Below, piece by piece: positions 51,344 through 60,998 of a DNA stretch of 64,000 nt. A program made the translations under genes and the position numbers. Below the pieces are notes generated by a model. The model was given only the letters and a program-made list of their open reading frames with translations, was not told where the DNA came from and did not search any database. The first letter of the stretch is position 1; every line of letters begins with the position of its first letter. Source of the stretch: Promethearchaeota archaeon Loki_b32 (lineage in GTDB: Archaea > Asgardarchaeota > Lokiarchaeia > Sigyniarchaeales > SOKP01); NCBI GenBank assembly GCA_005223125.1, contig NJBH01000019.1:1-64000 (forward strand), written 5' to 3'.

Positions 51344-52351
51344 ATGAAAGCAGCTGTATTTGATGGAAAGAAAATAATAATCAAGACAGTTTCGGATCCA
51401 AAGATAAAAGATTCTCAAGTTTTAGTTCACATTAAAGCGGTGGGAATTTGTGGAACAGATCTAGCTATAGTAAACAGAGATCTCCCAGTGATTACTCCAA
51501 TTATTCTTGGTCATGAACTTGTTGGAGAAGTTATAAAAGTAGGTAAAGATATTGACCAATCTTGGTTAAATAAAAGAGTCACTTCAGAAATTAATAGCAA
51601 TATTGATTTTGATTGTTATTATTGTAAACAAGGGCTATTTACTCAATGTGTATCACGCAAAGCTATTGGTATTGATATTGATGGAGCTTTTGCAGAATAT
51701 ATCGCTTTAGAATCATATTTATTGCATGAAATTCCGGATTCTATTTCAAATGATGATGCTACATTTATAGAGCCTTTAGCTGCGGCTTATCAAACATTCG
51801 AAATGATGCCACTAGATCAAAATGATAAAATAATAGCTATATTTGGACTTGGAAAGTTAGGATTATTGATTACTCAAGTAGCATTATCAATAGGATTAAA
51901 ATTAATTGTAATAGATGGTTCAGATAAAAAGCTTAATTTAGGAAACCAATTCGGGGCTCATTATTTAATCAATAGATTAAACTGTAAAGACATACCGAAT
52001 GAGATTAAAGATCTTACTAACGGGCTAGGTGCTGATATTGTAATTGATACAACTGGAAATCCCGATGCTCTAAAAGATATAATTGCTTCTTGTAGAACTC
52101 GAGGAAAAATTCATGTAAAAAGTACTCATGGAATTGAAACTCCTATTAATCTTACTGATGTCGTAGTGCGAGAATTGACCCTTTATAGTAGTAGATGTGG
52201 TCCATTTGAAAAAGCTATTGACGGCTTGAAATCGGGAAAAATAGAAGTTGGTGAATTAATTTCTAAGAAATTCAATCTTAATGAGATAAAACAAGCTTTT
52301 GCTTCTTATCAAGAAAGTCGTGATCATATTAAAACTATTATTCAAATATAA
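51344..52351 (+). CDS. Zn-dependent medium-chain alcohol dehydrogenase
   Basis: GICGTD, GHELVG, GLGKLG. Confidence 0.9.
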   Translation: MKAAVFDGKKIIIKTVSDPKIKDSQVLVHIKAVGICGTDLAIVNRDLPVITPIILGHELVGEVIKVGKDIDQSWLNKRVTSEINSNIDFDCYYCKQGLFTQCVSRKAIGIDIDGAFAEYIALESYLLHEIPDSISNDDATFIEPLAAAYQTFEMMPLDQNDKIIAIFGLGKLGLLITQVALSIGLKLIVIDGSDKKLNLGNQFGAHYLINRLNCKDIPNEIKDLTNGLGADIVIDTTGNPDALKDIIASCRTRGKIHVKSTHGIETPINLTDVVVRELTLYSSRCGPFEKAIDGLKSGKIEVGELISKKFNLNEIKQAFASYQESRDHIKTIIQI

Positions 52352-52482
52352 TGCTTTTTTATACATCAAATTTTGTTGTTTTCAAGCAAATTAAAAGATT
52401 GAATCATTGAATTTTTTGTTAAAAATACATTACTTAATAGAACTTAAAAATTATGAATAATTTCGATTTGTAAGGATATAAC

Positions 52483-54213
52483 ATGGTAGATACCGAGACA
52501 CACGCGCTTGAAATGGATTCAGAAGAAAAAGTTATTAGAGAAGAAATTAAATTTCAATATTTTTGGTATCTTATAATCTTATTTACGATTTACTTAATTT
52601 CATATTTAATTCCTGCTATTATATTCATGATTTACTTATTATTTTATTTTCTACCTAACTTTTTAGAAACCACTAATTTCTTATCAATTTTTATTAACTT
52701 AAAACCTCTTTTGGCATTAATATCCATGCCATTAGTTATTATTGGATGCTACCTAATTCGCTTATTTCTGATTGCATTAGTTGCGCGTTTTTTTTGGAGA
52801 TTGTCAGAAAAAAAGTCCCCTTCTAAACCAGGCACTATACCAAGAAATTTCCCTAGTAAAACGCTAAATTTTTACCACATACGATCTTTCATTATAAAGT
52901 ATCCCAAAAACGCTTTCACTAAAGGAATTTTTCCATGGTTGTTACCATGGCTATATAATTTTATAACCACAAGCCAGATCGGGAAAGGGACGACAATGGA
53001 AGAATCTCCTGTAAATGATAAATTTTTAGAAATTGGGAAAAATTGTTACATCGGTGTTAATTCAGTATTTACTAGTCATTTAATTGATGGTATATTTGGA
53101 AATATTGCTTATTTTAAAGTTAAAGTAGGTGATAATGTTACCGCTGCAGCAAAAAACCTAATTGCTCCCGGTTCTGAAATAAAAAATAATTCCTACTTAC
53201 TCCCCTTAGCTTCCACACCAAAACATAGTGTTTTAAAAGGTAATAGTTATTATTTTTCAGCAGGAGCAAAACCCCTCCGGAGAATTTTTAAAAGAAAAAT
53301 CAAGAGTTATTTGAAAATTGACCCTGAAACATTGGAACAAATAAAAGAAGTTAAAGATGCAATTGGTTCTTCACCAGTTCAAACACAAGAAACGAATGAA
53401 GAAAGAGATTTATCGCTTGATTTCGTCACAAGCAGCGCAATTAGTAGAGTCAATCTAAAATTTTTAATTGTATATGTCCCTATATTTTGGCTCTCTGGGA
53501 TGATAGTTTCAATAATATTTTACACATACACTTATTATGTTCAAAACTGGATTTTAATGGTCTTTTTTTTACCAGCAATCATATTTTTTATGTGGTTTAT
53601 ATTTATTTCAGGTTGTTTGTTTTTTAGTAAACTGTTTCTAATCTTAATAAATTTGATCCATAGGCCAAAAGAAGGTATCTTTAAAGCTGAAAAGGGCAAT
53701 CATGATTTTGAATTTTGGTGCTTGCGAACTGAATTAAAGAAAATTGCTTTATGGCTTGTACGAAATTGGCCTCTTCCTTGGATGGATATATTAGTTTTCA
53801 AATGGTTCGGAATAAAAATCAATTTTTCAAGTGGTTTATATGATTCTTGGTGTGATGCTGAGTTCATTCATTTCGGAAGAAAGGTTATAGTTGGTCAAGG
53901 AGCAATGATCATGTCATCCATGGTTATTGGCAACTATTTAATTATCAAAAAGGTGATATTTGATGATTACGTTCTTGTTGGGGGGGAAACAACAATCGCT
54001 CCAGGTACAATTGTAGGAAAAGAGACATTAGTTGGTGCTATATCATATTCTTTATATAATCAAGTATTAGAGCCCGGATGGGTTTATTTTGGAATGCCTA
54101 TAAAAAAATTAAAGAAAAACCGATATGCTGAGGAACGACGTGATACAATAATGAAAAGAGATGTTGATGGAGAAAAGAAATTTGAGATTGAACATAAAGT
54201 TAATTTTAAATAA
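52483..54213 (+). CDS. Fused A+B LbH membrane acyltransferase-like protein
   Basis: Colinear with types A and B; stop 7 codons earlier than in its paralog. Confidence 0.8.
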   Translation: MVDTETHALEMDSEEKVIREEIKFQYFWYLIILFTIYLISYLIPAIIFMIYLLFYFLPNFLETTNFLSIFINLKPLLALISMPLVIIGCYLIRLFLIALVARFFWRLSEKKSPSKPGTIPRNFPSKTLNFYHIRSFIIKYPKNAFTKGIFPWLLPWLYNFITTSQIGKGTTMEESPVNDKFLEIGKNCYIGVNSVFTSHLIDGIFGNIAYFKVKVGDNVTAAAKNLIAPGSEIKNNSYLLPLASTPKHSVLKGNSYYFSAGAKPLRRIFKRKIKSYLKIDPETLEQIKEVKDAIGSSPVQTQETNEERDLSLDFVTSSAISRVNLKFLIVYVPIFWLSGMIVSIIFYTYTYYVQNWILMVFFLPAIIFFMWFIFISGCLFFSKLFLILINLIHRPKEGIFKAEKGNHDFEFWCLRTELKKIALWLVRNWPLPWMDILVFKWFGIKINFSSGLYDSWCDAEFIHFGRKVIVGQGAMIMSSMVIGNYLIIKKVIFDDYVLVGGETTIAPGTIVGKETLVGAISYSLYNQVLEPGWVYFGMPIKKLKKNRYAEERRDTIMKRDVDGEKKFEIEHKVNFK

Positions 54214-54498
54214 GAGAAAAAAGATCTTACTTAAAACTCTAAATTTTTAATCTAATTTCATATTTAATTGTTTTTTTAAAAACATCTTTAAATCATGACA
54301 TGCTTTCTCTAAGATATTACAAAAGCTTTTAAATCTACAAATCAAGCCATGATCATATTAAAACAGTTATCCAAATCTGATCCATTTTCTCTTTTAATTC
54401 TTTCAATTTTACAATTAGGTCATATTTTTAAAACATTGAGTTTTTTAGAAAAATTATCTTAATTACTAAATATAAATCAAAATTGAAAATTTAATAAA

Positions 54499-56337
54499 AT
54501 GGCAACGATAGAGCAACAATCGACTGAGAATAGCTTAGAGGATAAAACTATTAGAGAAGAAATTAAAAATCCATATTTTTGGTATCTCATTATTCTTTTT
54601 ACAATTTATTTAGCTTCACTTGTAATTCCCGCTATTATATTTATGACTTATTTAGTTCTATTTTTTTTACCAGCTTTCTTAGAAACAACAAATTTTATAG
54701 CACTTTTTACAGAGTTTAAGCCATTAATAGCATTGATCACTATGCCATTGATTCTCATTGGTTGTTATCTTATCCGTTTGTTTTTCATAGGCTTAATCAC
54801 ACGTGGTTTTTGGAGTTTGAGCGAAAAAAGGTCACCAAGTAAAGAAGGGATTATACCAAGAAATTTCCCGAGTAAAACATTGAATTACTATCAAATGAGA
54901 GGTTTTATGATTAAATATGGAAAGAATGCTTTTATGAAAGGGCTTTTTCCTTGGCTCAGCAACTGGTTTTTTAATTTTATTGGAGCTAGTAAAATTGGTA
55001 AAGGTACAACATTAGAAGAATCTGTATGTAATGATAAATTTATTAACGTAGGCGAGAATTGTTATATAGGTGTGAATACAACCTTAGCGAGCCATCTCCT
55101 CGAGGGTATTTTTGGCAATATCTCCTATTTTGAAATTAAATTTGGTAATAATGTAACCGCTGCTGCATTGTGCAATATTGGTGCGGGAAGTGAGGTTTTT
55201 GATGATACATATCTATTACCTCTAGCTTCTACACCGAAACATAGTGTATTAAATAAAAATAAAAAAAAAAGCTTTTATTTTGGAATTCCGATGAGAAGAA
55301 TCTTTAGAAAAAAGATTATGGAATACTTAAACGTTAAACCAGAGGATTTAGAAAAAAATGAAAATATTAACGACTATAAAGATAAAAATCTGTTAAAAAA
55401 ATTAAAACCCATGAAAGATATAAAACAATCTGAAGTTTTTCCTAAAAATGAACAAGAGTTCACAGATTCAAATGAAGATAATATTGATATAAATAATATA
55501 AATGAAGAAGATTTAAGAATTGATTTTACGACAAGTAGTGCAATTTCAAGAGTTAATCTAAAATTTTTAATCGTATACATTCCTATATTTTGGCTTTCTG
55601 GGATGTTAGACACCGTAATTTTTTATACGTTCACTTTTTATGTTCGAAACTGGATTCTTATGGCTTTTTTTCTACCTGCCATGACTATCTTCATGTGGTT
55701 TATCTTTATTATAGCTAGTTTCTTTTTTACTAAATTGTTCTTAATTTTAATAAATTTAATTCATAAACCAAAAGAAGGTTTTTTCAAAGCGGAAAAGGGT
55801 GATACTGATTTTGAATTTTGGTGTTTACGAACAGAAATAAAAAAAATCGTATTATGGTTAATGCGAAACTCGCCTATTCCTTGGATGGATATATTAGCTT
55901 TTAAATGGTTCGGTATAAAAATGACTCTTTCAAGTTCCTTATATGACTCGTGGTGCGATGGTGAATTTATAAAAATGGGAAGATGCGTTCTAATAGGACA
56001 AGGGGCAACTATTATGTCATCCATGGTTATTGGAAACTATTTAATTATCAAAGAGGTGATATTTGATGATTATGTAGTAATCGGTGGTCATTCTACTATC
56101 TCTCCAGGAACAATAGTAGGTAAGGATTCAGTCGTTGGAGCTATTAGTACAACTGCTTATAACCAGATTCTTGAACCAGGATGGATATATTTTGGAATTC
56201 CCGTCATTAAGTTAAAGAAAAACCGATATGCTGAAGAAAGACGTGATATTGTTATGAAAAAAGATGTAGATGAAGAGAGGAAGTTTGAAGTTGAGCATGA
56301 AATTAACATTGAAGAAGACAAAAAAGATCTTACTTAG
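54499..56337 (+). CDS. Fused A+B LbH membrane acyltransferase-like protein
   Basis: Colinear with types A and B, longer charged linker. Confidence 0.8.
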   Translation: MATIEQQSTENSLEDKTIREEIKNPYFWYLIILFTIYLASLVIPAIIFMTYLVLFFLPAFLETTNFIALFTEFKPLIALITMPLILIGCYLIRLFFIGLITRGFWSLSEKRSPSKEGIIPRNFPSKTLNYYQMRGFMIKYGKNAFMKGLFPWLSNWFFNFIGASKIGKGTTLEESVCNDKFINVGENCYIGVNTTLASHLLEGIFGNISYFEIKFGNNVTAAALCNIGAGSEVFDDTYLLPLASTPKHSVLNKNKKKSFYFGIPMRRIFRKKIMEYLNVKPEDLEKNENINDYKDKNLLKKLKPMKDIKQSEVFPKNEQEFTDSNEDNIDINNINEEDLRIDFTTSSAISRVNLKFLIVYIPIFWLSGMLDTVIFYTFTFYVRNWILMAFFLPAMTIFMWFIFIIASFFFTKLFLILINLIHKPKEGFFKAEKGDTDFEFWCLRTEIKKIVLWLMRNSPIPWMDILAFKWFGIKMTLSSSLYDSWCDGEFIKMGRCVLIGQGATIMSSMVIGNYLIIKEVIFDDYVVIGGHSTISPGTIVGKDSVVGAISTTAYNQILEPGWIYFGIPVIKLKKNRYAEERRDIVMKKDVDEERKFEVEHEINIEEDKKDLT

Positions 56338-56349
56338 GACATCTCAACT

Positions 56350-56745
56350 TTAATCAATTTTCAAGGTAAATTGTTGTTCTAAAAACCTTTTCAAATTCGA
56401 ACATGTAATTTTTAGACTTTGTTTTTTATTATAAAATTGATCATTTCTAGGGCAATCATCATCAAGTAAGCATTTTTTTTTACTAATATCATAGATTAAT
56501 GGATAAAATCTACATCCTTGAGGTCGAAATTCATAAATTTTACATTTCTTTGCAGAGTAATTTAAAAAAACGCAATGACCATCAATGTTTTTTAGTTGAA
56601 ATTGCTCATTTTCATTTTTAAAAACAAAATCACCTTCTCCTATATTATCAATTGAGTTTTTCTTTATTAATTCGATATCTTCAAAAGAAAGAATCATTTC
56701 TGTCTCTAAACAACATTTTCCACAATTTTCGCATTTGTTTCTCAT
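56350..56745 (-). CDS. YkgJ-family cysteine-cluster (putative Fe-S/Zn) protein
   Basis: CENCGKCC, CVFL, CKIYEFRPQGCRFYP. Confidence 0.9.
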   Translation of the reverse strand: MRNKCENCGKCCLETEMILSFEDIELIKKNSIDNIGEGDFVFKNENEQFQLKNIDGHCVFLNYSAKKCKIYEFRPQGCRFYPLIYDISKKKCLLDDDCPRNDQFYNKKQSLKITCSNLKRFLEQQFTLKID

Positions 56746-56882
56746 GGTAAATCTTTATTTATGCTTAAGACTCATAAATTTAAAAGGAAAAAAATATCTA
56801 TTAAAATATAATAAGGATCAATTGGTTTTTAATGAAATAAAAGTTACAAAAACGTAAGTAGAATTTAAAATCAAAGCTTTTA

Positions 56883-58784
56883 ATGGTAGAAATGAACAAC
56901 GAAGACAGTGAAATTGAACCTTCCGATTCCGACGAATCAAATAATGAAATCATAAAAGAGGAAATAAGTATTCAATTTCATCTGTATATCATCATTTTTT
57001 TTATCATTTACTATATATCATGGGTAATCCCGGGATTTATTTTTTGGCTATACTTTTTATTTCCCTTTCGAATATACTTTTTAGAAAATCTTAGATTTAT
57101 ATCAATTTTTACTGATTTTCAATCATTGATAACTCTTTTGTTTATGCCATTAGTAATTATAATGTCCTATTTACTTCATTTATTTCTAGTAGGATTAATT
57201 ACAAAATTTATATGGGGAATTACCGAAAGAATATCTCCATCAAAATCAGGGATAATTCCACGAAATATAAGAAGTAGAGCGGCAAATTATTATCACCTCA
57301 GAGGTTTTATGGTAAAATACGGAAAAAACACTTTTATTAAGGGTATTTTTCCTTGGCTATCAAATTGGTTTTTTAATTTTGTTGGATCAAATAAGATTGG
57401 AAAAAATACCACGTTAGAAGAGGCAGTGGGTATGGATAAATTTATAGATATTGGAGAAAATTGTTATATAGGCGTAAATACAAATTTAGCAAGCCATCTT
57501 ATTCAAGGGATCTTTGGTAATATCTCATACTTTGAAATTAAAGTAGGTAATAACGTAACAACTGCTGCCTTCTGTAATGTTGGTCCGGGAAGCGAAGTTT
57601 TTGATGATACATATCTATTACCTCTAGCTTCTACACCGAAACATAGTGTATTAAAAGGAAAAAAGAGCGTTTATTTTGGAATTCCGATGAGAAGAATCTT
57701 TAGGAAAAAGATTATGGAATACTTAAGTGTTAGGCCAGAGGATCTAGAAAGGAATGCGAACATTGAAGGGTATAAAGATAAAAAATTATTAAAAGAACTC
57801 AAAAAAAAAGAAAGTATTGTAACAGAAAAAACAGATATAATTCCTAAGAAAACCACAACAATAGGTGATCTACAGGAAGAAAAGATATCTACTGATCCCC
57901 TTACAAAAGATGATTTAATGATTGATTTTACTACGAGCTCAGCGATAGGCAGAGTAAATATAAAGTTTTTAATAGTTTATTTGCCAATTTTTTGGATTTC
58001 TGGTTTAATTGTAACAATACTTTGGTATTGGTATTCTGAGGATTTAGTAAGTGGAAATTCATTCCTGTTTAAATTACAGTTTTTTCTTTTTTTCCCGATT
58101 GTTTTATTTGGATTGAGTTATATTTTTGCAATTGGATGTATTTTTTTCAGTAAATTACTCTTATTATTAGTTAATTTGATTCATAAACCAATAACAGGAA
58201 TATTTAAGGCAGAAATTGGGAATACAGATTACGAATTTTGGATGTTAAGAACTGAAATAAAGAAAATAGGTTTATGGCTTATGCGAAGTTCTCCATTCCC
58301 CTGGACAGATGTGATCATCTTTAAATTATTTGGTGTAAATATGGATACTTCTAGCCATCTATCTGATACATGGTGTGATGCTGAATTTATAAAATTCGGA
58401 AGAAAAAATTTAATAGGTCAAGGAGCCACTATAATGTCATCGATGGTTGTAGGAAAATATTTATTAATTCAAGATGTTATTTTTGATGATTATGTGATGG
58501 TTGGTGGGCATGCAATTATTGCTCCGGGCACAATTATAGGTAAAGAATCTGTAATAGGAGCAATAAGTTCAACAACATACAATCAAGTTTTAGATCCGGG
58601 TTGGGTATATTTTGGGTTCCCAGCTATTAAGCTTAAAGAAAATAAATATGCTGAAGAAAGACGTGATATAATAGTAAAACGTCAAGTTGATGAGGCAAAA
58701 AAATATACGACCACCCATGAAGTAAATATAGATAAAGATAAAAGAGATTTAATAAAAACAGAAAAAGAGATGAAAGAATCATGA
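56883..58784 (+). CDS. Fused A+B LbH membrane acyltransferase-like protein
   Basis: Colinear with types A and B; ATGA overlap with a type C gene. Confidence 0.8.
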   Translation: MVEMNNEDSEIEPSDSDESNNEIIKEEISIQFHLYIIIFFIIYYISWVIPGFIFWLYFLFPFRIYFLENLRFISIFTDFQSLITLLFMPLVIIMSYLLHLFLVGLITKFIWGITERISPSKSGIIPRNIRSRAANYYHLRGFMVKYGKNTFIKGIFPWLSNWFFNFVGSNKIGKNTTLEEAVGMDKFIDIGENCYIGVNTNLASHLIQGIFGNISYFEIKVGNNVTTAAFCNVGPGSEVFDDTYLLPLASTPKHSVLKGKKSVYFGIPMRRIFRKKIMEYLSVRPEDLERNANIEGYKDKKLLKELKKKESIVTEKTDIIPKKTTTIGDLQEEKISTDPLTKDDLMIDFTTSSAIGRVNIKFLIVYLPIFWISGLIVTILWYWYSEDLVSGNSFLFKLQFFLFFPIVLFGLSYIFAIGCIFFSKLLLLLVNLIHKPITGIFKAEIGNTDYEFWMLRTEIKKIGLWLMRSSPFPWTDVIIFKLFGVNMDTSSHLSDTWCDAEFIKFGRKNLIGQGATIMSSMVVGKYLLIQDVIFDDYVMVGGHAIIAPGTIIGKESVIGAISSTTYNQVLDPGWVYFGFPAIKLKENKYAEERRDIIVKRQVDEAKKYTTTHEVNIDKDKRDLIKTEKEMKES

Positions 58785-59737
58785 GTGTTCCGAATACTAT
58801 GCGTGTGGGCCCTTTCACACCAACGGTTCTTGTAAAGAAACGATATTTAATATTTTATATTTTTCTCATTTGGATAAGTATAATCCCAATACTCTTGGGA
58901 TTTTGGGTGTATTGGAGAATTTCATGGAACTATGCAAGACCAGTTCATTTTTATACGTTTCTTCCTCTAGTGGCATTTTTAATGTATATAACACTGGTTT
59001 TTTCATCAATTTTTTTTGCGAAAACCTTATTACTTATTGTTAATGCAATTCATAAACCTCGAGAAGGTGTTTTCTTAAGAATATCTGAAGATATAGATTA
59101 TAGATATTGGAGTTTACGCAATACTATAAAAAGGTGGCCAATTTGGCTTGCTCACAGGTTTCCCTTCCCTGGATTTTTAGATAATATATGCTTCAAAATG
59201 TTTGGCGTAAAAACTAAAATCTCGAATTCTTTATTTGAAGGATGGGTAGATACGGAATTTATAGATTTTGGTAAAGATGTAGTAGTTGGTCAAGGTGCAA
59301 TCATCCAATCAGCTGTAATTGTAGGCAATATGTTGATAATACGGAAAACTGTAATCGAAGACTATGTGAGGATAGGTTCACACGCAATAGTTATGCCAGG
59401 CACTCATATTGGGCATAATTGTATATTAGCAGCTAACTCTGTAACGACAGTTGGACAAGTTTTAGAAAACGGATTCATATATGTTGGTATTCCCGCTAAA
59501 AAATTTAAAAAGAACTATTTTTTTGAAGATGGATTAGAAGAAAAGATAAGTACTGTTGAAGATGTTGAAAAGTTAAGAGAAAGATATGAAAAAGTCTATG
59601 TAAAACGAAAAGATGAACTTACCCGTAAAGATCGTAGAGAAATAAAGAAAGAAAAGAAAGAAGAAGAAAAGAAGAGATTCGACATTGAAGTAGATGATGA
59701 TAAATACGATGATTTTGATGAAATGTCTAATATATAA
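58781..59737 (+). CDS. 2TM + LbH acyltransferase-like protein, type C
   Basis: Paralog of 47175-48023. Confidence 0.8.
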   Translation: MSVPNTMRVGPFTPTVLVKKRYLIFYIFLIWISIIPILLGFWVYWRISWNYARPVHFYTFLPLVAFLMYITLVFSSIFFAKTLLLIVNAIHKPREGVFLRISEDIDYRYWSLRNTIKRWPIWLAHRFPFPGFLDNICFKMFGVKTKISNSLFEGWVDTEFIDFGKDVVVGQGAIIQSAVIVGNMLIIRKTVIEDYVRIGSHAIVMPGTHIGHNCILAANSVTTVGQVLENGFIYVGIPAKKFKKNYFFEDGLEEKISTVEDVEKLRERYEKVYVKRKDELTRKDRREIKKEKKEEEKKRFDIEVDDDKYDDFDEMSNI

Positions 59738-59745
59738 TAAATAAT

Positions 59746-60453
59746 TTAATGTAAAACAAAATACATTCTTCTATTGTTTTTTCCTTTATTAACAGTTTTA
59801 GTTACTTCAATTTTGCCGATTTCTTTTAGATAGTTAATATGAGTCCCCCCATCAACTTGTTCATCGATATCTCCAATTCTAACAATGCGAAATTCTTTGA
59901 TATTCTTGGGTAATCCTACAGCTAAGCGTGCTAATTCTGGTTTTCCTAAAACTTCATCTCTCGTCATGTAATCAATTGTTATTGGTAAATCTTGGTCTAT
60001 AAATTTATTTGCTTCCTCCACAAAAGCTCGCAATTTTTCAGGAGAATAATCTTGCATTGAAAAATCCATTCTCGTTTTATCTAATTCGATTTGATTTCCC
60101 GTAATTTTAGCATCAGCTCTCTTATAGAGGATATTACTAATTAGATGAGAAGCCGTGTGATGTCGCATAAAAGTGTATCTTCTTTCCCAATCAATTTCAC
60201 AGCTAACTTCATCACCTTCCTTTAGTCCGGGTTTATCTACTTCATGACTAATTTTACCAGAGAATTTACCAACATACACAACCTTAAATTTTTGATCAGC
60301 TTTTATTATAAATCCCTCATCCCAAGGTTGACCACCGCCCTTGGGGTAAAAAGCCGTTTTGTCAAGAATCACATATTTGCTATCTGAAACACCTACAACT
60401 TTAGTATTCCAACTTTTCAGATAGGAATCATCCATATAGAGTGCTCTTGTCAT
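59746..60453 (-). CDS. alaXM: Alanyl-tRNA editing protein AlaX-M
   Basis: LDKTAFYPKGGGQP, MRHHTASH, DGGTH. Confidence 0.9.
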   Translation of the reverse strand: MTRALYMDDSYLKSWNTKVVGVSDSKYVILDKTAFYPKGGGQPWDEGFIIKADQKFKVVYVGKFSGKISHEVDKPGLKEGDEVSCEIDWERRYTFMRHHTASHLISNILYKRADAKITGNQIELDKTRMDFSMQDYSPEKLRAFVEEANKFIDQDLPITIDYMTRDEVLGKPELARLAVGLPKNIKEFRIVRIGDIDEQVDGGTHINYLKEIGKIEVTKTVNKGKNNRRMYFVLH

Positions 60454-60484
60454 AAAAAGTAAAAAAATATTTTAGCTTATAACT

Positions 60485-60637
60485 TTATTCATTTTCATGA
60501 ATTTCGGAAGGTTTTGCTCCATCAAATAGTTCTAGTTTCAAAAATTTAAGTTTCTTTTTACATTGAGGACAGAAATAATATCCCTGTTCTTTATTTTCAA
60601 AACTAAAACCACATTCTTTACAAACAGCGTAATACAT
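60485..60637 (-). CDS. 50-aa zinc-ribbon protein (paralog 2)
   Basis: Manual translation MYYAVCKECGFSFENKEQGYYFCPQCKKKLKFLKLELFDGAKPSEIHENE*. Confidence 0.8.
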   Translation of the reverse strand: MYYAVCKECGFSFENKEQGYYFCPQCKKKLKFLKLELFDGAKPSEIHENE

Positions 60638-60662
60638 ATAAAAAATAAATAGTGGATAATAT

Positions 60663-60815
60663 TTAATTTATCTCATAGAGTTCATTAGGTTTAGTACCGC
60701 AAAAAGCTTCCAACTTAATAAATTTCATATCTTTTGAACAATTGGGGCAAAAATATTTACCTTCTTCCTTATTTTCAAATGAATATCCACATTCCTTACA
60801 AACTACGGCTTTCAT
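60663..60815 (-). CDS. 50-aa zinc-ribbon protein (paralog 1)
   Basis: Manual translation MKAVVCKECGYSFENKEEGKYFCPNCSKDMKFIKLEAFCGTKPNELYEIN*. Confidence 0.8.
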   Translation of the reverse strand: MKAVVCKECGYSFENKEEGKYFCPNCSKDMKFIKLEAFCGTKPNELYEIN

Positions 60816-60998
60816 ATTTTAACTAGGTTAAATAAGATTTTAATAATTTCTTGTTATGAAATACAGAAATGAATAATTTAGGAAATACTTTTGATAAGTT
60901 TTTCATAAAGAAAATAAATAAATTAAAAGTCAAGTTTTATTAATTTATATCTAATTATTGTTATTACAAATATTTATCATCTAAATGCATCATCAAAA

